The notes under the pieces are model-generated. The model saw only the letters and a list, made by a program, of their open reading frames with translations. It was not told the DNA's origin and did no database searches. The position numbers and the translations under genes are program-made. A stretch of 37,249 nt of DNA from contig JAPXOG010000005.1 of the NCBI GenBank assembly GCA_033811555.1, positions 1-37,249 of the forward strand, given 5' to 3'. Below are positions 16,684-24,955 of the stretch, in pieces. The stretch is from Minisyncoccota bacterium. Its GTDB lineage: Bacteria > Patescibacteriota > Minisyncoccia > Phycocordibacterales > EsbW-18. Every line of letters begins with the position of its first letter. Within the stretch, counting starts at the first letter, position 1.

Positions 16684-16943
16684 AAATAAAAAAGAGAATA
16701 GAATATTCATGGTTTTTACTGTTCAAGTAATCGATAAAACCGTGTAATTATCTAATAACGTATTTGTAGTGCTTAGATAAATAATCAATATAGTAAAGTC
16801 TATCTCCAGATAATTCATTGAATATTTTTTCGTATATATTGAGGGCGCTTAGTTTTCCATCCTATTTTTGAAGAGCATTTTCAAGACATATTTGTGAAGA
16901 TTTTTTGGTTAATGAATAAGAGAGTTTTGTGCTTGTGATTTAC

Positions 16944-16973
16944 AAAAACCCCTTGTTTTTCAAGGGGTTTTTG
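16944..16973 (+). terminator. Intrinsic terminator about 260 nt downstream of pheT
   Basis: AAAAACCCCTT-GTTTTTC-AAGGGGTTTTT: stem CCCCTT (16949-16954) / AAGGGG (16962-16967) flanked by an A-run and a T-run. Confidence 0.65.
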
Positions 16974-16980
16974 CTATACT
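16972..16980 (+). promoter_or_regulatory. Extended -10 (TGcTATACT) upstream of gyrB
   Basis: TGCTATACT at 16972-16980, overlapping the terminator T-run. It would give a leader of about 35 nt to the gyrB ATG at 17021. Confidence 0.4.
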
Positions 16981-17020
16981 CTATATGCGTTGATGAGCGA
17001 TTTTTTATTTTCTAAATACA

Positions 17021-19120
17021 ATGGCAAAGAATAAAAAAGAAGAAAAAAAGAACATTTCAAACGGATATACCGCTCAAGATATTACTGTTTTGGAAGGTCT
17101 TGATCCTGTTCGGAAACGTCCAGGTATGTACATTGGTACAACAAGCACGGAAGGTCTGCACCACCTTATATGGGAAGTATTTGATAACTCGCGTGATGAA
17201 GCGATGGGCGGTTTTGCTGACGATATTGAAATAGCGTTGTTACCAGGTAATCGTGTGCGTGTGATTGATAATGGGCGCGGAATACCAGTTGATGTACATA
17301 AACAGACTAAAGTGTCTGCGCTTGAAACAATTATGACGACGCTTCATGCTGGAGGGAAATTTGGAGGAGAAGGATACAAAATATCTGGTGGTCTTCATGG
17401 GGTTGGTGTCTCAGTAGTTAATGCACTTTCACAATATGTGCGAGTTGATGTTTGGCGTGACGGTAGCAGGTACATGCAAGAATATCAGCGCGGAAAACCT
17501 AAATCAAAAACTAAAAAACTCGGCAGTTCACCCGCTCATGGAACGGCAGTATTGTTTGAGGCGGATCCACAGATTTTTCCAGAAATAAAATATAGTTGGG
17601 AAAAAATTGTTCAGCATATGCGACAGCAAGCATATCTTGTTCGTGGTCTTCGTATAACTGTCATAGATGCGCGAGAAGTAGAGGTAAGCCCAGACCTTGA
17701 CGATATTATGTACGTACGAGAAGCAGGATTGGAGGCACCGTCGATGACATTTTATTTTGAAGGAGGACTTGTTTCTTTTATCCGTCATCAAAACGAATAT
17801 GAAAAAACAATACACAAGACAATTTTTTATGTTGAAAAGAAACACGAGGATGTACAGGTAGAGGTAGCATTGCAATATGGTGACGATGTCACAGATCAGA
17901 TTTTTGCATTCGCTAATAATATATACAACTCGGAGGGTGGTATGCATATAACTGGTTTTAAAACTGCACTTACACGAACTCTTAATGCTTATGCAAAGAA
18001 AGAAGGCATACTGAAAGAATCTGAAGGCCCGTTTTCAGGAGAAGATGTCTTAGAAGGATTGACTGCAGTTGTATCTGTGAAGCTTCGAGAAATTCAGTTT
18101 GAAGGACAGACAAAATCAAAATTGGGGTCAGTTGAGGCGCGTGGAGCCGTTGAGACGGTGTTCGGCGAGGCTTTTGGTATGTTTCTTGAAGAGAAACCAG
18201 ATGAGGCGAAGGCGATTATAAATAAAGTAGTATTAGCGTTACGTGCACGAAAAGCTGCAAAGGCGGCAAAGGACAGTATTTTACGCAAAGGAGCACTTGA
18301 TGGTATGACGCTTCCTGGAAAACTCGCTGACTGTCAGACAAAAGATGCGACAGAGTCTGAAATTTTTATAGTAGAAGGAGAGTCTGCGGGAGGTACAGCA
18401 AAGACCGGTCGAGATCGAAGGACACAAGCAATACTGCCTTTGCGTGGAAAAATTCTTAACGTAGAGCGCGCACGACTTGATCGTATGCTTTCATCTGAGC
18501 AGATAAAAAACTTAGTTGTTGCTCTTGGAACGGCGATTGGAGACACATTCAATCTCTCTAAACTTCGTTATCATAAAATAGTAATTGCAACGGACGCTGA
18601 TGTTGATGGCGCGCATATTAGAACGCTTTTGCTAACATTGTTTTTCCGTTACTTTCGCCCTGTAATTGACGGAGGATTTCTCTATATTGCACAACCTCCA
18701 TTGTATAAAGTGAAGCGCGGTAAAGAAGTTCTGTACTTTTATACTGAAGAGGAAAAGACGACGTTTTTAAAAAAAGAAGGAATAGATATTTCCACAGTAG
18801 AAGAAACCACAGAACAAATAAACACTGAAGAAACTGAAGACGAAGTTGGTATCGAAGATGAAGAAGAAAACATAGAGAAAAAAAAGAGCGACACAAGAGC
18901 AATGAAACTCTCCATTCAACGATATAAAGGACTTGGAGAAATGAACGCCGAAGAGCTTTGGGAAACAACGATGGATCCAGAAAATCGTGTACTAAAACAA
19001 GTGATGGTGGAAGATGCTCAGGAGGCGGATCGTATATTCGACGTTTTGATGGGAACCGATGTACCTTCACGTAAGTCTTTTATTCAAAGCAACGCTAGGT
19101 TAGCAAACGTTGATATATAG
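17021..19120 (+). CDS. gyrB: DNA gyrase subunit B
   Basis: YTAQDITVLEGLDPVRKRPGMYIG, GLHHLIWEVFDNSRDE, GGLHGVG, EGESAGG, PLRGKILNVE, ATDADVDGAHI, QRYKGLGEM. An acidic insertion of about 40 aa precedes QRYKGLGEM. Confidence 0.96.
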   Translation: MAKNKKEEKKNISNGYTAQDITVLEGLDPVRKRPGMYIGTTSTEGLHHLIWEVFDNSRDEAMGGFADDIEIALLPGNRVRVIDNGRGIPVDVHKQTKVSALETIMTTLHAGGKFGGEGYKISGGLHGVGVSVVNALSQYVRVDVWRDGSRYMQEYQRGKPKSKTKKLGSSPAHGTAVLFEADPQIFPEIKYSWEKIVQHMRQQAYLVRGLRITVIDAREVEVSPDLDDIMYVREAGLEAPSMTFYFEGGLVSFIRHQNEYEKTIHKTIFYVEKKHEDVQVEVALQYGDDVTDQIFAFANNIYNSEGGMHITGFKTALTRTLNAYAKKEGILKESEGPFSGEDVLEGLTAVVSVKLREIQFEGQTKSKLGSVEARGAVETVFGEAFGMFLEEKPDEAKAIINKVVLALRARKAAKAAKDSILRKGALDGMTLPGKLADCQTKDATESEIFIVEGESAGGTAKTGRDRRTQAILPLRGKILNVERARLDRMLSSEQIKNLVVALGTAIGDTFNLSKLRYHKIVIATDADVDGAHIRTLLLTLFFRYFRPVIDGGFLYIAQPPLYKVKRGKEVLYFYTEEEKTTFLKKEGIDISTVEETTEQINTEETEDEVGIEDEEENIEKKKSDTRAMKLSIQRYKGLGEMNAEELWETTMDPENRVLKQVMVEDAQEADRIFDVLMGTDVPSRKSFIQSNARLANVDI

Positions 19121-19177
19121 ATAACTCTTTTGAAGATAGCTTCTAAAACGATATTATTTTATGCTCGCGTAGGGGAA

Positions 19178-19206
19178 TTGACAGAAGTGTTTTTATAATA
19201 TATAAT
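19178..19206 (+). promoter_or_regulatory. Consensus sigma70 promoter upstream of the CARDB-sortase-adhesin genes
   Basis: TTGACA (19178-19183), a 17-nt spacer and TATAAT (19201-19206): a perfect consensus. Confidence 0.6.
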
Positions 19207-19308
19207 AGACACATACACCATAAGGTTCTTTTAGAGCGGCTTAACAAAGCCACGTTTATTTGTTTTTCAAAATAATAATAATTTATAGGTATAAATAATA
19301 TATAGCAT

Positions 19309-20370
19309 ATGGAACTTCTATCAGCACCAAAAAAGAAAATAGTGAAAGACAGCGTTCGTATGGCACTTACGGTCATCGGCGGTATTACCGTTATAGTGGC
19401 AATTATTTGGGTTGGTATTCGAGGATTAAGTCTTTTTCCGAACGTGAATGCATTTCTTGCAAACGCAGTATCAGGTATCCGGTCAGTATTTGTTCCTACT
19501 GAACGAATAGTGATAGGAACGGTTGATAGTCAGATTGCAGTGAACAAGCCGTTTACTCTTGTTTGGGAGCATCGAGGTAATACCAGCGATGGTACATACA
19601 CTTTTTCGTATGAGTGTCAGGGCGGTGTGTTTCTTGCTCGTCGGGATGAAGGAATGCAGAAAACTATTTTCTGCAATACTGAAGTTCCGATTAAAGAAAA
19701 TGAAACCGAGATTGGATTTGTGGCTATAGGTTCAGTTCCTAGTGTTGCTGAGATACCAGTAAAGATTACATTTACACGAGCTGGTCAATTGTTCGCATCT
19801 GTTTCAGGTGAAGCTAAATTGTTAGTTCAAAGTGAGTATTTTGATACTGCCACAAGCACGGAAGTTGTTACGAAAACTCCAGAAGGAGCTACTACAATTC
19901 CACATAATACGAATACCAACGTGCAAGTTCCTCAACAGCACACAATGGTGCCTGTTGTAACACAGCCGTTCTCTGATCCAAATGGTTCTCCTGACCTGTT
20001 TGTGCGCGTTCTTGGATATGGTCTAGTTGATCAAAAGACCGGGGTTTTTACTGAGTTAGACAAGATTCCTTACAATTTACCTTCAGGAAAGCGCGGAGCA
20101 TTACGTTTCCTAGTGGTAAATCTTGGAACAAAAGAGAGTGGAACTTGGGAGTTTTCAGTAGACTTGCCTACTTCACCGTCTTATACATACAAGTCGGATA
20201 AACAACAGACTCTTTTCCCTGGAGATAGGATTGAATATACCATCGGTTTTGACAGCATTCGTAAAGCTACTCATGATGAATATCGCATTGTTGTAGATCC
20301 TAAAAATAAGGTTCATGAAAGCAATGAGGCAAATAACATACACAAAGGAATTGTAATAATTGAAAAATAA
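19309..20370 (+). CDS. Membrane-anchored/secreted protein with a C-terminal CARDB-like domain
   Basis: N-terminal TM (VRMALTVIGGITVIVAIIWVGI). The C-terminus, PDLFVRVLG...RFLVVNLGTKESG...YRIVVDPKNKVHESNEANN, matches the CARDB ending motif (D-P-x-N-x-V-x-E-S-N-E-x-N-N). Confidence 0.7.
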   Translation: MELLSAPKKKIVKDSVRMALTVIGGITVIVAIIWVGIRGLSLFPNVNAFLANAVSGIRSVFVPTERIVIGTVDSQIAVNKPFTLVWEHRGNTSDGTYTFSYECQGGVFLARRDEGMQKTIFCNTEVPIKENETEIGFVAIGSVPSVAEIPVKITFTRAGQLFASVSGEAKLLVQSEYFDTATSTEVVTKTPEGATTIPHNTNTNVQVPQQHTMVPVVTQPFSDPNGSPDLFVRVLGYGLVDQKTGVFTELDKIPYNLPSGKRGALRFLVVNLGTKESGTWEFSVDLPTSPSYTYKSDKQQTLFPGDRIEYTIGFDSIRKATHDEYRIVVDPKNKVHESNEANNIHKGIVIIEK

Positions 20371-20390
20371 TCGCATATACAGTTTTAACC

Positions 20391-21065
20391 ATGAATACTT
20401 ACACGCATCAAAAAAATACGGGAATTGTGAGCGATTTTGTGCATATGTGTAAAACACATCCAGTGCTTGTGGGTTCTTTGTGGTTCGGAGTATTTACCGT
20501 GTTGTTTGGGATTTCTTTGTCGCTTGGAATTGTGCCGAAAATCGAACGTGATGAGTCACCAACTGTATTTGCAGAGATGCAGAAACCACTACCTAAACAG
20601 GAAGAGAAGGTTACAGAGTTGAAAAGTGCACTTCCAGAACGTGTTATTGTTGAGCGCCTAGGTATCGATACAGTTGTTGTAAACCCATTAAGTTCTGATA
20701 TAGCTACTCTAGACGCTGCTCTTTTGCAGGGAGTTGTGCGTCACCCTCTCTCAGGTGACTTAAACGACGAAAGCAATATGTTTTTATTCGGACACTCTAC
20801 GGGATTTCGTGTTGTTCAAAATGAAGCGTTTAAAGCTTTCAATGGTCTGCGAAATGCGAAAAAAGGTGATTTGATACGGGTGCAATCATCCACTGATGAA
20901 TACGTTTATCGTGTTACTAACGTAACTTTGGTTGATGCTCAAGAATCACTGGTATCGTTTGCTACAGGAAAGAAAAAGTTGACCCTTACAACATGTAACT
21001 CATTTGGCGCTAAAGAAGAGCGATATGTCGTTGAAGCAGATTTTATAGGTAGTTATGCTCTGTAA
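20391..21065 (+). CDS. Sortase-family transpeptidase
   Basis: N-terminal TM anchor, catalytic His context FLFGHSTG, the TLxTC motif as LTLTTCNSFG, and a downstream Arg (ERYVVEA). Confidence 0.85.
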   Translation: MNTYTHQKNTGIVSDFVHMCKTHPVLVGSLWFGVFTVLFGISLSLGIVPKIERDESPTVFAEMQKPLPKQEEKVTELKSALPERVIVERLGIDTVVVNPLSSDIATLDAALLQGVVRHPLSGDLNDESNMFLFGHSTGFRVVQNEAFKAFNGLRNAKKGDLIRVQSSTDEYVYRVTNVTLVDAQESLVSFATGKKKLTLTTCNSFGAKEERYVVEADFIGSYAL

Positions 21066-21150
21066 TAACAATATATTAGGGTATTGACTTATACATTAAT
21101 AAATAGTATAATAGAAGGGCGATTAATATAAGAAAGTAAAAATAATAATT

Positions 21151-24100
21151 ATGAAAACAACCACATACGAAAACCTATATCGCATGCCAAAAACCGCCGC
21201 AGTTATTTTAGGTGTATTTCTTGTAGTTGGTGCGATAATCGCTGGGAATGTTGGCGCACAAGACGCAAGTACTAGAACAGAAGGAGATACAACAAGCGAA
21301 CTCATAGCAGTGTCGTCTGGTGAAGGTAGGATATCGTATGGTTCTGGTTCTTCTGCTGGGACTCAATCTGAATGTCAGCTAGACCCGTGGTCTGATCTTC
21401 GTGCCCCAGATGGTAGTCCATTTGATCCGTACAGCAATCCTCGTGTTGTTATAGACGGCAATTCTGCAAGCATTTCTGTAAAGAACTTTTCTGATTCTTG
21501 TAGTTATCGTATTAATCTAGCTTCTTATGAAGTCTTTGATCCAGAAATGCCATTGTTTGTACAAACACAAAAACTTTTTGATAGCACATGGATAACCATT
21601 CAACCAGGACAGACGCAAACGCTTTCCGTAGACCTTCCTGAATGTGCATTTCAAGTTGATTTATTTGAAGGACCTTTTATTCCAACTACTAATCCGAACT
21701 TTGACGGTGTTACTTACCCTGACCTTCGTATTTTCGATTGGTTAGTAAAAATGGATTTGCCACTATGCACAACTGTAACTGTCTGTGAACCTTGGAATGA
21801 TCTTCGAGCTCTAGACGGCGGAGTTTTTGATCCTTTTAATAATCCTAGAATAATAGTAGAAGGAAATATAGCTAAAATTTCTGTAAAGAACTTTTCTGAT
21901 TCTTGTGTTTATAGAGTAAATTTTGCTTCTTACGAAGTTTTTGATCCAGAAATGCCATTGTTTGTACAAACTCAAAAACTTTTTGCCAGTGAGTGGCAAA
22001 TTCTGCAACCAGGACAATCTAGAACTCTTATGGTAAATTTGCCTGATTTACCTGAATGCGCATATCAAGTAGAATTATTTGAAGGGCCTTTTATTCCGAC
22101 CACAAATCCCAACTTTGATGGCATTACCTATCCGGACTTGCATATTCTAGATTGGCTTATAGATATGGATTTGCCTTTGTGTGGTACGACTGGCCCTCAA
22201 ACTGCATCCCTAAAACTCGTTAAGCACGTCATAAATGACAACGGAGGAACTGCAGTAGTTAGCGATTTCAACTTGTACGCAAATGACATCAAGTTTGTAA
22301 GTGGAGTAGCTCAGAATATTCAACCAGGTACATACAAAGCACGTGAAGATCAACTTCCCGGATACACAGCATCTGATTGGTCAGGAGACTGTGCTGCTGA
22401 TGGAACAATCACACTTGCCCCTGGTGACAACAAAACTTGCCACATCACTAACAATGACAATCCTGAGATTCCAAATGCAGCAGTGCTTACTGTTATAAAG
22501 ACGGTTATCAATGATGATGGGGGTACTGCTGTAGTAGGAGATTTCAAGTTGTTTGTAACTCAAGGGCGTAGCCTTCGAGGTGATGTTCTTGTACGAAGTG
22601 GTGAACCGAATAAATTTGCTCCAGGAAAGTACAAGGTATATGAAGTACAGCTTCCTGGATACACAGCATCTGATTGGTCAGGAGACTGTGCAGCAGACGG
22701 AACCATCACTCTTGCTCCTGGTGACAATAAAGTTTGCCGTATAACTAACAATGACAATCCTGTAATTCCACCAAGAGTAGCAACCCTAAAACTCGTTAAG
22801 CACGTCATAAATGACAACGGAGGAACTGCAGTAGTTAGCGATTTCAACTTGTACGCAAATGACATCAAATTTGTCAGTGGAGTATCTCAGAATATTCAAC
22901 CAGGCACATACAAAGCACGTGAAGATCAGATTCCAGGATACACAGCATCTGATTGGTCAGGAGATTGTGCTGCAGATGGAACAATTACGCTTGCTCCTGG
23001 TGATAATAAAACTTGTCACATCACTAACAATGACGATCCTGTAATTCCTAATGCAGCAGTGCTTACTGTTATAAAGACGGTTATCAACGATGATGGAGGT
23101 ACGGCTGTTGTGGGAGATTTCAAGTTGTTTGTAACCAAAGAACGAGTATTAGGACGAAGTCTACTAGATGAAGTTTTGGTACGAAGTGGCGAACCGAATA
23201 AATTTGCTCCAGGAAAGTACAAGGTATATGAAGTACAGCTTCCCGGATACACAGCATCTGATTGGTCAGGAGATTGTGCTGCTGATGGAACCATCACTCT
23301 TGCTCCTGGTGACAATAAAGTTTGCCGCATCACTAACAATGATATAGGCGGAGGCGATGATGACGATGACGACGATGATGATGATGGAGGCGGAGGGGGT
23401 GGAGGAGGTGGTAGTAGTTCACGACGCCGACCTAAAGTAACTCTTTTCTCAAATCCCGAAATCTTAGGAGCCTCTGTTTCACTCACGCAAATTCCTTATA
23501 CAGGTCTTGGCACAAGTATTCTGCAGATCGCGCTGTTTATGATTGGACTGGTAGCGCTCTCTGGAGGTGCAGTATATCTTTTTGCTCGACGTAGAATAGT
23601 CGAAGTCCACACAGAAGATGTTCATATAGATAGCTCTACAACAAGTACTGCACAGCAAGAAGAGGCACGAATCCTTTATGAAGAAACGATAGCACCACCT
23701 GTAGACGAAGCATTTGCATCATATGATGAATATGCGTACGCAGATGATATATCTACTCAAGAACAGTTAACAACTCCAACTACACCAGATAATTTGCCAG
23801 TTGCTACAGCACCGGTTTCCGTTGGATCAGTAGTGCGCCAGAATCGAGTAGCAGAGATGGCGGAACATCACAAGAAAAACAACGTATCAGTTGCTAGACT
23901 ACAGGGCGTAGCTCGTTCTTCTCAGGTACTTATTTCAGACGATGGTATTAAACTTATCGTGGCAGCAGGTGAAAACGATGAAGTTAAATCAATAGAGCGT
24001 CTTACGCAGGTTATTGAGGTAGCAAAAACACGGTACCCACGCGAAGACGGATGGCTAGTTCTTGATGCTACACGGGTTCGCGAATCACTATTCATTTCTA

Positions 24101-24495
24101 TCCTTACGATGGTTCCTCTATTTATTGAATGGATAGTGCGAGGTGAAGACAAGCATGTGTTTGCATTTATGCGAATGCTTAAGGCACAGAACCAGCCAGT
24201 ATCGGACTTTGTACGTAAAGTTGTTGCTGAACTTGATAATGCGCACAGGGCACGTCTTGAAGGATCAGAAGATATATCGGTAGATCCACATGTTGCAGAG
24301 ATTACATACCATCTCAGTAATCGTGATTTGGAGGCGATAGTTTCCGAATTGCTACTGGGTGTTGACGAAAGATATGATTCTGCTTATACGTCTGTTCGAC
24401 TTGCACTTACTCGTGTTCTAGATATAGTTCGTTCTCGAAGCATGCTCCGCATAGGAGGGACGTACGCATTTGATAAAGAACAGAGAGAGGCATAA
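21151..24495 (+). CDS. 1114-aa repeat-rich surface protein with an internal sortase-type sorting signal and a roughly 300-aa C-terminal tail domain
   Basis: Signal/TM (AAVILGVFLVVGAIIAGNVGA). Two Cys-rich modules of about 135 aa. Four Ig-like modules of about 95 aa (V.NDNGGTAVV.DF...PG.YK..E...PGYTASDWSGDC...CxITNND). A poly-Asp/poly-Gly/Ser linker. Then IPYTG, a 27-aa mostly hydrophobic segment (TM) and RRR, followed by 299 further residues in the same frame. Confidence 0.85.
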   Translation: MKTTTYENLYRMPKTAAVILGVFLVVGAIIAGNVGAQDASTRTEGDTTSELIAVSSGEGRISYGSGSSAGTQSECQLDPWSDLRAPDGSPFDPYSNPRVVIDGNSASISVKNFSDSCSYRINLASYEVFDPEMPLFVQTQKLFDSTWITIQPGQTQTLSVDLPECAFQVDLFEGPFIPTTNPNFDGVTYPDLRIFDWLVKMDLPLCTTVTVCEPWNDLRALDGGVFDPFNNPRIIVEGNIAKISVKNFSDSCVYRVNFASYEVFDPEMPLFVQTQKLFASEWQILQPGQSRTLMVNLPDLPECAYQVELFEGPFIPTTNPNFDGITYPDLHILDWLIDMDLPLCGTTGPQTASLKLVKHVINDNGGTAVVSDFNLYANDIKFVSGVAQNIQPGTYKAREDQLPGYTASDWSGDCAADGTITLAPGDNKTCHITNNDNPEIPNAAVLTVIKTVINDDGGTAVVGDFKLFVTQGRSLRGDVLVRSGEPNKFAPGKYKVYEVQLPGYTASDWSGDCAADGTITLAPGDNKVCRITNNDNPVIPPRVATLKLVKHVINDNGGTAVVSDFNLYANDIKFVSGVSQNIQPGTYKAREDQIPGYTASDWSGDCAADGTITLAPGDNKTCHITNNDDPVIPNAAVLTVIKTVINDDGGTAVVGDFKLFVTKERVLGRSLLDEVLVRSGEPNKFAPGKYKVYEVQLPGYTASDWSGDCAADGTITLAPGDNKVCRITNNDIGGGDDDDDDDDDDGGGGGGGGGSSSRRRPKVTLFSNPEILGASVSLTQIPYTGLGTSILQIALFMIGLVALSGGAVYLFARRRIVEVHTEDVHIDSSTTSTAQQEEARILYEETIAPPVDEAFASYDEYAYADDISTQEQLTTPTTPDNLPVATAPVSVGSVVRQNRVAEMAEHHKKNNVSVARLQGVARSSQVLISDDGIKLIVAAGENDEVKSIERLTQVIEVAKTRYPREDGWLVLDATRVRESLFISILTMVPLFIEWIVRGEDKHVFAFMRMLKAQNQPVSDFVRKVVAELDNAHRARLEGSEDISVDPHVAEITYHLSNRDLEAIVSELLLGVDERYDSAYTSVRLALTRVLDIVRSRSMLRIGGTYAFDKEQREA
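21373..22182 (+). repeat. Tandem duplication (2 units of about 405-411 nt) encoding the Cys-rich N-terminal modules
   Basis: For example CCAGAAATGCCATTGTTTGTACAAAC at 21541 recurs at 21946. At protein level, CQLDPWSDLRAPDG...MDLPLC matches CEPWNDLRALDG...MDLPLC. Confidence 0.85.
22204..23343 (+). repeat. Tandem duplication (2 units of about 576 nt, each made of two subunits of about 290 nt) encoding the Ig-like modules
   Basis: Offset is exactly 576 nt. The run 22208-22292 is identical to 22784-22868 (85 nt). The motif GGATACACAGCATCTGATTGGTCAGGAGA occurs four times. Confidence 0.9.
23491..23595 (+). other. Cell-wall sorting-signal-like module (IPYTG, hydrophobic helix, RRR)
   Basis: ATT CCT TAT ACA GGT at 23491-23505 encodes IPYTG, followed by LGTSILQIALFMIGLVALSGGAVYLFA and RRR. 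Confidence 0.6.
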
Positions 24496-24519
24496 TAGAT
24501 TTTAGAATGTCAGGTTAGA

Positions 24520-24556
24520 GACGTCCTCGCCAAATTGGCGAGGACGTCTTGTTTTT
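24520..24556 (+). terminator. Intrinsic terminator after the surface-protein gene
   Basis: GACGTCCTCGCC-AAAT-TGGCGAGGACGTC (24520-24548) followed by TTGTTTTT. Confidence 0.8.
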
Positions 24557-24650
24557 ACAGTGAAATGCTCAGTATGCTATAATGCACTCAAATGGTGTCA
24601 TTTTGCGGTAGTTCGCGAAAAGTCATCTTTATAAGTGATAATTTTTTGTT

Positions 24651-24866
24651 ATGGAAAATTACAAAAAAGGAGGTGTGGGAGTGACGGTTCTTATAATCGT
24701 TGTGCTTCTCATTCTGGCAGGAGTTCTCTACTTCAAAAACCGTCGAGACGAGGTTCCGCCGATTGAAGATGCGATTGTCGAGAATAACGTTGCAACTGAT
24801 ACTCCGACTGTTGAGACAGAAATAGAGGTGGAAGTTGAAGCTCCTGTTGAAGCTCCTGCAAACTAA
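24651..24866 (+). CDS. Small single-pass membrane protein with an acidic Glu/Val/Pro-rich tail (71 aa)
   Basis: TM helix VTVLIIVVLLILAGVLYF, then NRRDE and an acidic tail (ETEIEVEVEAPVEAP). Own upstream promoter (TGcTATAAT 24575-24583; also GATAAT 8 nt before the ATG) and its own terminator. Confidence 0.55.
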   Translation: MENYKKGGVGVTVLIIVVLLILAGVLYFKNRRDEVPPIEDAIVENNVATDTPTVETEIEVEVEAPVEAPAN

Positions 24867-24885
24867 ATCTATATTTTTATGTAAC

Positions 24886-24920
24886 AAAACCGCCTTACAA
24901 ACACGGGCGGTTTTGTTTTA
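24886..24920 (+). terminator. Intrinsic terminator after the 71-aa gene
   Basis: AAAACCGCC (24886-24894) / GGCGGTTTT (24906-24914) with an 11-nt loop, followed by GTTTT. Confidence 0.7.
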
Positions 24921-24941
24921 GCAAATAGAGTTTCTTTGAAG

Positions 24942-24947
24942 TATAAT
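24942..24947 (+). promoter_or_regulatory. -10 box (TATAAT) 8 nt upstream of the ychF ATG
   Basis: TATAAT at 24942-24947, spacer gcgcgcgt, ATG at 24956. Confidence 0.5.
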
Positions 24948-24955
24948 GCGCGCGT

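Noticed and set aside
16684-17020. A replication origin next to gyrB.
   Set aside because: No convincing DnaA boxes (TTATCCACA-like) or clustered repeats were found by eye, and dnaA and dnaN are not adjacent. AT-richness alone is insufficient.
18745-18905. An acidic insertion of about 40 aa (…EETTEQINTEETEDEVGIEDEEEN…) in GyrB before QRYKGLGEM.
   Set aside because: Lineage-specific insertions at this position of GyrB are common (for example the large E. coli insert). It is a low-complexity linker and not obviously functional.
19143-19376. A 77-aa minus-strand ORF in the gyrB-CARDB intergenic region.
   Set aside because: It overlaps the consensus + strand promoter and the start of the CARDB gene, is AT-rich and Ile/Phe/Leu-biased, and has no start context.
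21373-23343. Regularly spaced nucleotide repeats that could be mistaken for a CRISPR-like or satellite array.
   Set aside because: The units are 290-576 nt, have no spacers, and are entirely in frame within one ORF encoding recognisable protein modules. They are protein-domain duplications.
23016-23486. A minus-strand ORF encoding poly-Pro and poly-Ser runs.
   Set aside because: It is the antisense of the poly-Gly/poly-Asp linker and of the Ig-like repeats in the adhesin gene, so it is a frame artefact.
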